Source: a virus (Duplodnaviria > Caudoviricetes). From it: DNA of 64,000 bases. The notes below the pieces were generated by a model, which searched no databases, had not been told where the DNA came from, and saw only the letters and a list, made by a program, of their open reading frames with translations. Shown in pieces: positions 12,901-22,100 of the stretch (position 1 is its first letter; each line of letters begins with the position of its first letter). The translations under genes were made by a program, and so were the position numbers. The DNA is taken from the IMG/VR virus record IMGVR_UViG_3300021431_000115, positions 7,821-71,820 of that record, one strand, 5' to 3'.

Positions 12901-15900
12901 CTGGGTGCAATCCATTATGTTCCGTATTGGTATATTCAGGTTTAAAAACAGGTTTACCATCTTTCATTAATATTCTATGATTACCTTTGCTATCTACTTC
13001 TTCATGAAATATAACTCTAGCAGCAGTAGCCATATCAGTAAGTTCTTGCCTAAATATATTGGTAAATTGTTTAAATACTCGGTGATTTCTATCTATTGTA
13101 TATCTATAACCACCATTACGTTTCATTAAATCTGTAATACCTTGTCTTATTAAATTTTTAGTATCATAGCTATTCAATTCTACTGTACTTCTTGTACGAT
13201 TTCCTTGTAATTTTAAAGTATGAGTTCTAACAAAACCTTTAAATTTAGCATTTACTAGTTGCCCATTTTTATATATACCTTGCATGATATATACTTTATC
13301 ACTTTTAAAGTTATTAGGGTCATTAGCAAGCCTAAAAGCTACATCAACCATTTGACCATTTTTAGACTTTGTTTCTATGTCAAGTCTTTTAGCTTTTGGT
13401 ATATCAATAGTTATGCCCTCAGTACTAAGTCCACTACTAATATGTCTAGCAAATGTTCGAATTTGTACACTACTTGTTCCATACCCTACAGCAATAGGAT
13501 CATTTATATGAGCTGCAGTTTTTACAGCAGCATATTCTAATCCTCTACTTTCCAATAAGGCATTAGTGTTGTTTATTCTTTTATCTATAGCAGCTTGATT
13601 AGTAGGTACTAATAGCCCACTCATATTATATCTTACACTGCTAATAATGAAATTTTTAGGAGCATCAGATGGAATACGCATAAAATAATCAGCGGTTGTA
13701 TCTCCATTTTGTAATTCTCTAACTATATTACTAGAATGAAAGAATGCTCTCCAAGCAGTACCAAGATAGTCACCTTTACTCATTTTAGAATAAAGAATAT
13801 TATCTCCTTCATCAAGATTCGAAGCTCCATTAAATAGATGTATTTGGATTAAAGAATCTGCATAACTAGTAGGAACCCAACCTGTACCATCTTTTCTAAA
13901 CAAACCATAACTAATTATATTACCATTATCATCTGTTTGTTCTAAAAGAATATTACTAAAATCATATTGTTTAGTTTGTGAACGATGTTCGCCTAGACGT
14001 ATAAGTGGAGAACCTTTACCAGTTAATGTTGAAGCTAATGTATCTTTTATATAAGTAAGCATACTATTGTTAATCACATCAGATGATTGATTACCCATAG
14101 CATTTCTAGAATTTAAAGGAGCTTCAACAAGCATATAATTATGCAAAAGAGTAGCTAAGTTACTAGCATAGTTTTTACTAGTATCAGATAAATATTCTTT
14201 TGCATATAGAGATAAAATATCTATAGGTTGTGTGTTACTTCTACGTCCATTCTTTTTATCCCATAAACGTCTATTGTTTAAATGTATTGCATAAGAAATA
14301 TCAGATTGTAATTCTTGGTAATTTTTATTAGTTTCCTCAGCACCTCTTATAACATTAGTTAAAACATCTAGAAGTTTACTAAGATTACCTTTTTTATTCA
14401 GTATTTGTTTTCCTTTATTAGAATTTTTTCCATTGTTTTTTACAAAGTTCCATACACCTTTGTCATCTATATTAGGAAAAAATAGTTTTAATTGACTAGT
14501 TATTGCATCAGATATAATTCTAGCGGCTGAACCATTTATATCATTACTTTCTTTATAAGCTTGTATGTCGTCTGCTAATTTAATAGTTTCTCTTAATAAA
14601 GACGTATAATCTTTATTAAGAGCAGTACTTTTTAAAGCATTTTCAAATCTATATCTTAGATATTCTTGTCTATTTAAACCAGTATTAGTTAATCTTGTTC
14701 TACTTCTGCCATTTTCAATAACTACTTCTTGTTTTGATATAGTAGTTTTAGCAAAAGTTCTGAAAAATTCTATAGCAAGATTTTTATCTTTTTCTAACTT
14801 TTGTTTTAATACTTTAAATGCTGCACAACCAGGAACATCTTCGGCTATTCGTTCTAAACTAGCCATCATTTGATCCATGTTATCATATTGTCCATAATGA
14901 TATAGTACTGTAGCACAAGTTTTATCATCCATAACATCAGGCAATCCTAAAGGATTATCTAAATCTACTACAGGCTTACCATCAACAGCTTCAGTATTTA
15001 CCATTTTCTGCAAAGAACCAAGAAGAGATTTTATAGAAGCCCCTAAATGAGTCATAAAATCAGCATTAAGACCCATCTTATTATTTAATATTCTAATATA
15101 ACTATCATATTCTGGTTGTGAATTTGCGTTTCCGTCTTCAGTAGTATTACTATCTTCTTCTTGATTCTCTTGCTGGCTTTCTTCTAATTGTTCATCTAAT
15201 TGATTAGCTTGTTTTTTATATGTAGCAAGGCGATTATCTCTAAATACTTCTTCTAAAAATCTTTCTCTATAGTTAGTTTCATTAGTATTTATGCTTCCAT
15301 CATCATTCCTAGGAACATCATATAGCTCTCTATAAACAGCAATAATATTTTGCAATGTTATAGGCAACTCTTCAAGAGAACCTTTTATATCAGTTTTATC
15401 TAAACCTTTTTTATCAAATACATCGTTTAGTACACTATTTAACTTAGACAATCCGTAGTCATTTGAACGTTTTGCCCAAACAGCCAATTTAAGATTGTAA
15501 CTTTCATCAGTTTCACCATTTTGTCTAACTGGTCTTGCAACAGAAGAAGCAAGTTGTTTAAAAAGTTGCTTGGTTTCTTCAGCTTTATAACCAAGTATTT
15601 TTCCTAATCTATTAGCCAATTCATTAGCAAAAAACTTAATAGTATTTTCTGTACAAGCTAAAATAGGATTATCTTTCTCTTTTTGCCATTTTGCAACTCT
15701 AGCATTATATCTTACATCAGATTCTCCCTCTTGTTTAACAGGTTTAACAGAAGGCTTATTTAAATATTTGTTGTAATATGCAATAAAAGTGCTGGCAAAA
15801 GCACGTTTTGCAAATTGCCTAGCACTAATACTTGTATAACCTAAACTTTTAATTTTATCAAATAATTCACTACTACCATTAGTATCATCTAAAGATGGAT

Positions 15901-16165
15901 ACATTTCTTTATAATAAGCTATTATTCCATCTTTAAGATTCTTTTGAACAGAAGCTTTTTCACTATTTATTGTAGGAGCAGTTTTATAATGATTAGTATA
16001 CCAATCAGTAAATTCTTTAGTAAACTCTAGTTCTCCTTTAGTATTTATATCTTTTATAACACTTGTTATATGAGAATAAAATTGTGTACAATTATCACCG
16101 AAATAATCATATAACTTTGTTAAAGATTTAGCTTTCTCTAAATCTATATTTATTCTACAAGCCAT
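968..16165 (-). CDS. Giant virion-packaged DNA-dependent RNA polymerase polyprotein (crAss-type), with internal PD-(D/E)XK domain
   Basis: 5065 aa; catalytic motif QTGADFDIDS (DFDID at 10673-10687) preceded by GYRIPTEGKQS; lies at the end of the cargo-protein cluster as in Crassvirales. Confidence 0.9.
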   Translation of the reverse strand: MACRINIDLEKAKSLTKLYDYFGDNCTQFYSHITSVIKDINTKGELEFTKEFTDWYTNHYKTAPTINSEKASVQKNLKDGIIAYYKEMYPSLDDTNGSSELFDKIKSLGYTSISARQFAKRAFASTFIAYYNKYLNKPSVKPVKQEGESDVRYNARVAKWQKEKDNPILACTENTIKFFANELANRLGKILGYKAEETKQLFKQLASSVARPVRQNGETDESYNLKLAVWAKRSNDYGLSKLNSVLNDVFDKKGLDKTDIKGSLEELPITLQNIIAVYRELYDVPRNDDGSINTNETNYRERFLEEVFRDNRLATYKKQANQLDEQLEESQQENQEEDSNTTEDGNANSQPEYDSYIRILNNKMGLNADFMTHLGASIKSLLGSLQKMVNTEAVDGKPVVDLDNPLGLPDVMDDKTCATVLYHYGQYDNMDQMMASLERIAEDVPGCAAFKVLKQKLEKDKNLAIEFFRTFAKTTISKQEVVIENGRSRTRLTNTGLNRQEYLRYRFENALKSTALNKDYTSLLRETIKLADDIQAYKESNDINGSAARIISDAITSQLKLFFPNIDDKGVWNFVKNNGKNSNKGKQILNKKGNLSKLLDVLTNVIRGAEETNKNYQELQSDISYAIHLNNRRLWDKKNGRRSNTQPIDILSLYAKEYLSDTSKNYASNLATLLHNYMLVEAPLNSRNAMGNQSSDVINNSMLTYIKDTLASTLTGKGSPLIRLGEHRSQTKQYDFSNILLEQTDDNGNIISYGLFRKDGTGWVPTSYADSLIQIHLFNGASNLDEGDNILYSKMSKGDYLGTAWRAFFHSSNIVRELQNGDTTADYFMRIPSDAPKNFIISSVRYNMSGLLVPTNQAAIDKRINNTNALLESRGLEYAAVKTAAHINDPIAVGYGTSSVQIRTFARHISSGLSTEGITIDIPKAKRLDIETKSKNGQMVDVAFRLANDPNNFKSDKVYIMQGIYKNGQLVNAKFKGFVRTHTLKLQGNRTRSTVELNSYDTKNLIRQGITDLMKRNGGYRYTIDRNHRVFKQFTNIFRQELTDMATAARVIFHEEVDSKGNHRILMKDGKPVFKPEYTNTEHNGLHPVYHFAENEDNDGKGPIYTVDKNGKVHLTGRVFSSDRFRLFDGEIYDERNFGKEILDEAFNFFKDDEVDSNLMLQWNENGDVILSEQQQKVIDDKIEAFLLKYLDFGRRKLEGKEEFVEQGSTPITDDSIIDFVLNTHLAYNGFNDLFEGDTKFYKNTQTFLKRAKEAQGSGVPYGLRDLTMEWQPGDEHLDSPLDTTVFRDKVIGKSGKPVTRIHKLELRKTFKAITIYNTIRTDQPMIDRMVDWFTNNGVMSREEAKKLMSGYEETTVNDAQSYITFDEWIRRITMRGQLPKYKELIDRVLDETQPLNADDIKQFIQVQKNFYYDQYYNEKLHTISPRQIKNAEFVLVPRLVRGTELEKVAKMMDKLGIDQLNTAETSKAGQNERFKLWDDTGHISQDILDDIDDDAVKDAANYKSEIMQKGGAAAERFNYNFLYTQQETPQHVNSENKAAIQIMKKILDNIDDNSPLKEDRETFFKLYTANIQESFETVMKRFNIQLDENGNIKLEDGEIPVEIKDENGNVIKKGLSYDEFFQAMLDEVTRRGDDTNLVDYCTKDPMGMLPSQTLMPNYFGMFGTKFENIAQSMFNGGITRQTLPGFHAAQVSGFGFRKLSEEVNRKMTSNDLDYHPEVKDGVVEHHIEIRLPASNFGFTMDDEATQRKINNYITKLGMTVEQAENQVKQDWLEKLRTEGLDTIIGYRIPTEGKQSVCIMKIKDFTDNAYGSTIVVPDAFVSQTGADFDIDSIYGIQYSTYKDKNGNIRKYKYKSTRDFYNKYVLDQLTKEEKTQLYKDSKLAEDYINKTRENNIDEDGNVDEAAISAEIKKEKKELFDANIDDIAEDKGFNSFAEFSDGFDEVKANKRGARNNKLLDIFKKILSDKTQVEENLSRSNFDDVKKAIQLCNVGTSNKERAARSPYNIFDQIDYHEDATSGLALKGISVVRDTICSISNRLHTKLRTGCEVKVKYDNSYDLETLQKRFGVNYVTKVKDGSGYIVRHNMFGWSNDNHNVDGKILTSYSSQTTAHILDAIKAGNVKNVNDLTFHVYKTLVDIGSNFNTAVSFIMQPAITRIVEKYNASNSIYSDQTGSDFITAVARDICRELNIEVTAYEGLESLIAKVEDAYGKVYPIVSQKQDDGITYGYLDVDSQLDRLKAEDPNVDKNNRFAKEYKGLKSEELKLLYDFKVILNYNALNRIAQEVNQSSRVMNPDKFGAKQTIYETREVFSKLHEIIENAYDADSNLISTLEVDGHHMLEAIYPRVSEYNTEDELLDGIITDSNFITDSKYPSIAAFFKYATASSIKINKGLFLTQSKEFLDFINGKDISLKTALGPDVRLTEKMAMDFQQYVVNSVIKKSDFINATLSYIKGQGFDFVGKAPKTTNDEEMSRIFGYGHAADIRLIGEGINKPFAVADIRNPSQDEINDFCKLSPAQKVLFIQQNFRDLGLFEHLEVELFNHRRSQAGRQTIRFNDSLVDLETVRVQFEQSFTNSNPLIAIATGDLIKYAFVVEGYKMKMNGISKMIPNSVLRRSPSTGGTNIVYDSNQRMSNFYNEVSSVDGEQLIESYLRSTLGENGLKLRWVRKNENNEAELVRDNEGAIYLPLYDAEGKENEKTKELIEHYHLNTNRYVYLNFGKEQTLYKIDYLNNKLLLIPLNPLAPNETSVWSAVESNNTYLNPNYYRALYHNYEEQTEQNVLDETVANENKKKQDCIDMLTDINPTPAIQAQLAALRHYVRWQNEHITFDDPKHEYYYNGAKIESSVTQLPIKGIPKFHNPGNIDYEFASAFGRTIDAITRDYWIDYYNKINDRIDNSVDPRLKKYPNLNEDRKNEVLADLDKFKSYLDKRFNGNYHVITNEIRLAGRVTLAGQEMTVAGVPDMIVIDGNGDIHIFDMKAKRGEYGLDSNGNLNGDTLKYTYQLNAYKQLLETLVPEFRGRVKTLQLIYFKQSYPSQEKAVIYKTDKETGQIVVNYDKVTGKDAQNLPITERVNNLPVEEFEHWYTPRLRGEVPDELVTDVYDEAFSKNQANDIVDDLKDDSDITDIKVTYVPKTDEYDAYWSITYKQINNPRFIVSLDVEQDNTYFDDIKPIADNWQESLKSYNAQIRNIYKPIYVTKSSKISPYESQTPKVNPEEYRYKPRFSADKVNVPLGNLLDTDPAYTSLANTIKDWYRNRISNGESIKYVQNILLDRHIKAPGIGNALYDFITIDGNNVSLRFIKLDDIIKQLIETYTGKKFGTKLQPDHERYKDIIDTLVAEAKKRPDKYVNPNNFHFYSIEAMEDIYVAQDFESATGDTTSVDVASQAIRSIYRRSHNIEDSEAGKLSRAWRENGVVSNKEKVPEYVDDIIISTAKYVEEEASKIIDKTQKYIKDENGEWLSIDDTKTIDIVKRNPKLRRKYMQDLLEPGAMIEEFGIISDLNVETEDPELKPYLDKYKESIGKLKNLSAINNAKRKFAEGYYDELTDNPLVKNSTNPNGFMSVLDGYYRTNWANAMFNDIQETSNPIIQIALKNFQQDVAAKQMQAHRLANKFLNYIKDCEKRAKEQGKFFDLNHVIDEYGRFKQPYSEKLIEDRDRLKAAVNKEEKGSVEYLKAKLEYDEWKAKYLEQEAPQEYYDERNKLLREALYGRQVKNEISGEIETEGKIDEVLSRYETLRAQRWQLSQKYHRDIDNPDLDRQFDEVEQKIKELTTPELYSIDDTRYGQAKVIRNYIDKLREIDHKYYKYDAKSNFEALVEDNKAIVDKYESSDIPPTIYQEKEDYKRAKKWLRRNAIIEPDIDEFTKTAVQHAWEVLKDPRKSTIFKRIVKEPAYQNPETGVFDPTLVPDRALDNIKREIYDSYQVDYDNPYSDNTLIANRPPVEVIYTKQFYNNLRNPDAVTHTSTYREVVTRINKLLEPYYDSFTGELKLHEIPQNAEGLAVLKELDGLYHDLELIFESGDDTPGNRARAQWIEENVDFDAINEAKFADDENFAYQLDAGEFKTNMLRVIKRIDPFTGEAVPNKFIYSFLRAKKADWIDTEKTDAIRTLKEHVETKPSQQYYEVRYDMRHNHTLAEYNVWMTKNHVYNPYTHRMEPLPIWTVTEYKSNGKYNYYPKFSQSERKVRDGHVTLKEATQHYQSLKEKIESIDPNINITTPKDIVAFKFDDEDYVNKNYKENAGHGANYKIGSNPEYDNHIDANDIELEAAERIQELLVGLANTQDSEAYFKRGQLPVRNRLKPVTAMGWAQEVLKTLGWAGETYTQNEYYEDVSYAKDRPNPMPMIKQLEDKRTQKLKPMPKRKENQSEASYEAEVEKVKKDNEEIKKANKEIHKDLLDRDWVNVIQDFIVQAGTYNAIQDNKYELFYAKDLIKKYAPYVIGYKANGKQILKKDFASSTDDSSEYIRKQDEYLIQQFDVTIRRLVYNQFKKKQNPKLLKWMSTLQSLTSAQYMMLNVRGGIANVTLGESSIAAEGFAREFFGMKDWGKAKGFYYSGSAMMDYILHGGQERSTTLQGAIIKALDVVDYDENVGVSRLTKNAYDKLRKFRDFGYTPQTSGEHMMQNSAMFAMLYSHRLVPNPKAESLGQPKYKIMNLNEYTLGLHEQALKNILDAETLEKYEKYKARVAKDANTFKEYAWLQKDFTTQFAREALNYEQQRKFVKERDRIRKEAEEKFKNDELHPTLMSQLELGKDGQLTFKQESLMEQMDVEREDGEPTDALQLLAMFKRRVVSVNKYIHGVYDKSGRAQFENTFIGSLFMQYHKHLPIGIMKRYRVKGMWSEERNAPVKGMYASLMSYLSIPFKRHKDVLELNDEEVDSHMSCQEILKNVVDFVAHYKLAYRLMPEYDRANIRRMKGGIYATLASLFLVVALKAGLGDDDDDNLLYNLALYEADRLATEAAQYTPFTFPSEAKKLYQSPIAAGSGVTDLLSSANLLCHMLLEGDDFDGEYHSGKFAGENKLSVYIQRRIPIWRGIRSSFIDITDNNRYYKVGDNIFNFVDAQGIAQWLKNVL

Positions 16166-16183
16166 AATATAATAATTATTTGT

Positions 16184-19100
16184 TTAACATTCTATTTCTA
16201 TAGCACTTTCTTGAACCAAATGTTCAAAAGTCTTTCTATTTTCAGGAATAATAGTATCTCTTATTTGGGCTAAAGAAGAAATTTCATTATCTCCAATAGC
16301 AGACTCGTTATCATAAGGATTTTCAAAGTCATCAAGCTCATCATAAACTTCGCCAGATTCTGTAGGTTCTTTAAATGGAACCTCAGGAGAAATATTATTA
16401 CCTTGAGATGCAGGAGTGTTATCATGTTTATCTATAGGGGGGCTAGTTTGTACAAGAGGTTTTTCAAAATTTATAGTAAGTTGCTTATTTGCATTAGCAT
16501 TAGTAGTTGATTGTTTTTGAATTGTACCATCAGCAATTTGTTCAAAAAGTTTATATTCTTTTTCGAGCAAAGACCCTCTATTTAAATTGCCAAGACCAAA
16601 AGCTTTTGCGATAGCAGCAAGAATTCTTTGAAAAAGAGTTCCTTTCCTTATATTACCAAATTTTTGTTTAGTAATTTTTTTACCGTCAGCTTGAATCTCG
16701 TTAAGTCTTTTAATAAGCTTTGGTCTAGTAAGAGATTCAACTAAAAATTCTTCAAGACCGATGTCGTTTATAGTACCATCAGCATTTCTATATTTCTGTT
16801 GTTGCTCTGCAGTTCTGTCATATTCAAACTCTCTTACACTATCAGCTGTTTTTTCTAACCCTTCATTATTATTAGCCTCAACAAAATCATTAAATATACT
16901 TCTTAGTTCATCAAAAAGTTCTTTTCTTTTAGCATCTGGCAGAGTTCTTAAATATTTATGAACGTGCTCATGAACTAAATGTCTAACAGCTTCATCTTTT
17001 GCATCTTGAGTATCTTCATTGATTAAATCTATCCATCTTTGTGTTACAATAATATCTCCTGGGTTAAGTTGTACTCCATCAATAGTTTTATGTTGAGTAA
17101 TATAAACTCCAAAAGGCTGATTTTTCTTTCTATATTCTTTTACAAATTTAATATTTTTTATTGATAATTCACCTATTATTTTACTCTGTTTAAGTGTTTT
17201 TAACGAAGAAGCCGTTAGCAACTTATCCAAAATCTTTTTACCAACAGTATCGTCATTTTCACCTTGTTGTATATCTGAAAGAATCTCATCTCCAAGAGAT
17301 TGTTGAACATTAGGAACAACAGCTTGTTGAACATTTTGCCCCCCTGTAGAGGAACTTTGGATTGAATAATCGAAGTGAACTTTTGGTGTACGAGCTCCAT
17401 CATTTTCTCCAGGAAGAGTAAAATTAGTACCAGCTTTATTAGCAATAGTGTTAACAGTTACAAGACCATTATTTATTATATAATCATTATATGAAGTAAA
17501 CACATGTTCAATACCACCAGGAATACTAACAACAAAACTTCCATCAGGTCTTTTAGAACAATATTGTCCTCTGAATGGAGCAACATTTACATGATTTGGA
17601 TGAATAGCAAACTGCATATACTTTGATAAAACATTTTTAAATTCTTCAAAATTCTCATCAAATTTATTAGCATATACATCATTTACTCTTCTCCAAGGTT
17701 TACGTAAAGGATGTGGTTGTCCATCAGCTTGTATCCAACGACCTGATTCATCTTGAAATCTAGCTGCAAATTTATGTCCTTGTTTACCACTATATTGTAT
17801 ATTAGATACTAAACTTTTAGAACCCTTATAAGTAGACTCGTCATACAAGTTTATATATTTAGTTTTACCTTCTTCTACATAAGATATAGTGATACCTTTT
17901 TTACCACCTGTCATTCTACTAACTTTAATACCTCCAAATAAAGGAGTATTTCCGTTTCGTGCATGACAAAGTCCACTAAGAAAATTATAAATATTTTCAC
18001 TACTCTTGTGTTCATTAAATGCCCAATCTTCCATCAATCTGCCAAGTTCAGCAAATACTTCATCTACTATTTGCTGTGGTTCTCCAGTTAAATGTTGGGC
18101 ATCTAAATGTGCAGGAAAGGCATTTGCAAAAACAAAAGTACCATTAGGTTTTCTTATTGCTATTTTAGTATTACCAGCAGAATAAGGGTCATCAGGTATT
18201 TGAACACCATTAGCTAAAGTAAGTTTTCCTGTATTGATTGTGTTGTCCTTATTAATAGTATCAAAGGGCTTTACAGCAACAAATACTTCACCTTTATGAA
18301 CCTCACCTATAACATTTTCTTGGTTTACGGGTCTATAAACAGTTGTTTCTTTTAAACCTCCAATATTGTTTTCCTTAATTGTTACAGTAGCATTAGGATT
18401 GTTAAAAATAGCATGAGCAGCTTCAGCACTTTCTGCAAGTTTAGTAAACCAATCACTAATACTAGTAACTACTCGTTGTCTGATTTGGTCACGATATTCT
18501 TCTTCACTCATTCCTCTATGTTGAAGCCATTTAGAACTTCGTCCTAAATATCCTTCATAAACACTGAGTAAGTGTTTTGCAGCAGTTCTAAGTTTATCAT
18601 ATTTATGTTCGTCGCCAAAAATATCAAAATTAAGGTACTGAGTTAATGAAGGTTCAGCATTATAAAGGGCTTGCATTATATTAAGCAGTTGCTGATTGTA
18701 TTCAGGAGTTTGAGAACTCATATTATGAGCATGAAACATAGCACGTTTCACTTCTTCAAATTTTGGATCTCCTTCAGGATTAGCTATAGCTTTAATAAAC
18801 AAAGATTCTGCAGCACTTATACTTCCATCATTAGACTTAGGAATATCTATAACCCAACCTTTCAAATTAAACACATAACTTGTAGCATTTTGCTCAGGAA
18901 CTGTAATAGTACCAACCATTGTATTTCCTGAATAAAAGTGAAGAAACTTTCCATGTTCATTTTCTTCTCTATCTACAGTTAATGTATCTCCTACTTTAAG
19001 ATTATATATAGTTTTATAAAGTTGCTTTTTATCTTTTGTATCTTTGAGAACTTTAGTAAAATCTAATGTTCTACCTCCAAAATATATAGCGTTTGTTGAA

Positions 19101-22100
19101 GTATCTACACTTTCCTCTACAGGGGATTTAGCTTCTTGTAAAATTTTATTTCTTTTTAACTCTTTACCACCAAGAGTTTCTAGAATATAAACTTGTCTAG
19201 CTTGAAGTTGCCTAGCACAATATTCATATAAAATATCAGAAGCTAACTTATTACCAGCTACTTCATTACAGTATGTTAAAAGATTTGCTAAACTTACAAC
19301 AGGTATACCGTCAATAACATTAACGTAAGCATGTTTTATATAGTTATTTAAAACTTTATCAAAAGCTTCATCTAGTATTACGGCACTTTGCTTAGAAACA
19401 GTATCTCCAATTTGTTTATCAGAAATAGCAGATTCCATTGCATCTCCAACAGCTTCAAATTCTTCAGGAGAGGCATTTAAAGAATCATAGCTATCTTGCC
19501 TATCTTCTGCAAAGTTTTCCCATATTGCATTAAATTGCTCAGGAGTTAATTTATCTGCAAAATTAGCACTAACTGCAGATTTAATTATGTCATCTGTTAT
19601 TTCTTCATTAGCTTCAAATCTAGTTCTTACAGTATCAAAGAAGTTTGCTATAACTTCATCTTGAAGTTCTCCTAATTTAACTTCTTCTTCAGCAGGAGCA
19701 TCTTCGGGTTGTTCATTTTGATTACCTTGCTCCCCTGTAGAAGGACTTTGTGGTTGCTCTGGTGCTTGCCCTAAATCAGCAGGATTTTGTCCAATAGCTA
19801 TTTCACCTTTTATAACTTCTACAATAGTACCATCATTATTTAATGTGATTCTAGGAAGTCTTGTAACTACTGCTCCATCTTGCAATCTAAATTGAGTACC
19901 ATTAAATAGTTCTTCATTTCCAAAAACATCACCACTCAAATCGTCATCAACTTTGTTTCTGAACTCTAAATCAAAAGTATCATTAGAATTTTCAACAGGA
20001 ATTAATTCTGCTTCTGGACCAGCAACTTCACTATTACTTTTATATGCTGCATTAGGTTTTCCATTATCATCAAAAGTAAGATGAACAAATGGTTTTTGGA
20101 GTTGTTCGCCCCTTGCTGATTCAGAAAAATAGCTAACAAAGTCGATAGGGTCTTCTATATTGCTTTGTGATAGTTGTTGCGGTGGATTGTTAGTCGGCTG
20201 ATTTTGCGTGCCGTCAGAAGGATTTTGATTTTCTGTGGAAGATTGTTGTTGATTTTCATTTCTTTCTCTATCTATAGTTTCATCAGCATCTTCTGTTGTT
20301 TCAACAACATCTTCAAAATTATCTCTCATACTCCAATAAATAGCTTTCTTAACCATTCTAGGAAGCAAACTATTTTGAAGTTTAATAGGATTTTTAGCAG
20401 TATTACTAAGTGCTAATATTCGCATAGCACTATCATAGTTTTCTAATTCCTTATCATTAAGAATTTGTTTTAATTGTTCTCTTTGATTTTTATTTATAGT
20501 TCCGTATGCAAGTAATTTAGATATATCTCCAAACTCTTCATTTTTATTTTTAGCAATGGATTTTAAAGTAGATGTAGCTTGTTCTATCAGTATAGTTCTC
20601 ATATCTACACCTCCATCAGGAGTAAGCATCATGTTATATTCATCATGAGCTAATTGCTGAACTTGTTCTCTGCCAGTAGCAATAGATGCAAGTTCTTCTT
20701 GTTTTCCAATTTCAGCGTATACAACAGTAGAATAGGCATTTAGAAGGTCTTTACTAAAATCATCAAGACTAGAAATAAGTCCATTAGAGCCAAGGGCTTG
20801 ACCAACTAATTCATCAAAAAGTTCAGAATGATAATATACATCATCGAATTGTTCTCTAGTTAGTTTATTATTATTATCTCCAAAAATACTTCCCATCAAA
20901 GCACCCCATTCTTCTTCTGTACTAGTATCTTGTCCGTTCTTTTTATTTCTTGTTATTTCGTTGGCTTTAATAATAGCTGCGTCAATAGCTCTATATCTAT
21001 CATTATTTCTATCGTATGAGAATTCTCCTTGGTCATTTATTACAGTGGCAGATGCGGCTCTAAGAATACTAAGTTGTTTTGCTTGTTGAGAAGTCATCTT
21101 ATCACCTTCGATATAACTTCCAAGCATTTTCTCTAATACTTGCTTTCTAGTTTCTAGTTTATTAATCATTGATTGACCAACTAGAGTTCTATTGTCTATA
21201 TCACCTTTTCTACCTTCAGCTTTAGTTTTCTTTGCATCTTGAAGTTGAGCTTCTACTTCTCCTAATTCTCTAGCAAGAATAAAAGCTTTTATACCATTTT
21301 TAAAATCTACTCCTTGATACTTGACTTCTTTAGCTAATCTTTCTTCTTCACTATTTATAAGAGGTTGATAATTATCAATAATTCTGTCATAGGTTTCTGC
21401 GTTCAATTCGTGTCGCATATTTTGCATAGCTACAATCTGATAAAAATCATAAGGAACCTTACCAAAATCTATACCAGTATCATCATCTTTGCCATGCATT
21501 GCGTTTTCCAATATACGCATATTACCATCAAACGATACTTCTATTTTATCTGCTAAATTTAAAGCTTCTCTTTGTCTTCTATCAGCTTCTTCTTGACTCA
21601 TAACACCTTGCTCAACAAACCATCTTTTAACGTTGTTAGAAGCAAGATATTCTTTAGTCATGTTATAATTACCAGCAAACATAGAATTTATAAGAAGGTT
21701 ACTAGCAAATTCTCTATAAACTCTATCTGCTGCAGCTTGTTGTTCTTCAGCTGTTTCTAACTTTCTAGGATTTTCACTATTGTCAAAAGGGTCTACTTTT
21801 TCATCTTGTATTTTATGAAGTTTCTCTTTAACGTTTTGTATAGCCTGTGCTCTACTATTTATATCATTCTTTCTTCTTTTTATTTCTGGATGTTCAAAAG
21901 CTTCACTCCAAGAAGTCCTAACTTCATCTTTTTCTCCTGTTTTTTCTTGGTCTTCATTTTTCCTTGCTTTTTGGTCTTGTTTATAGTTATAAGCATTTTG
22001 TAAACGGTTAAGTTTGCTACCTGCTGCTTGGAATATTACACCTCCTGCTACTCCCCAAAATGCACTCTCATAAAGTTGAGGGGCAACCATATATTTTTCA

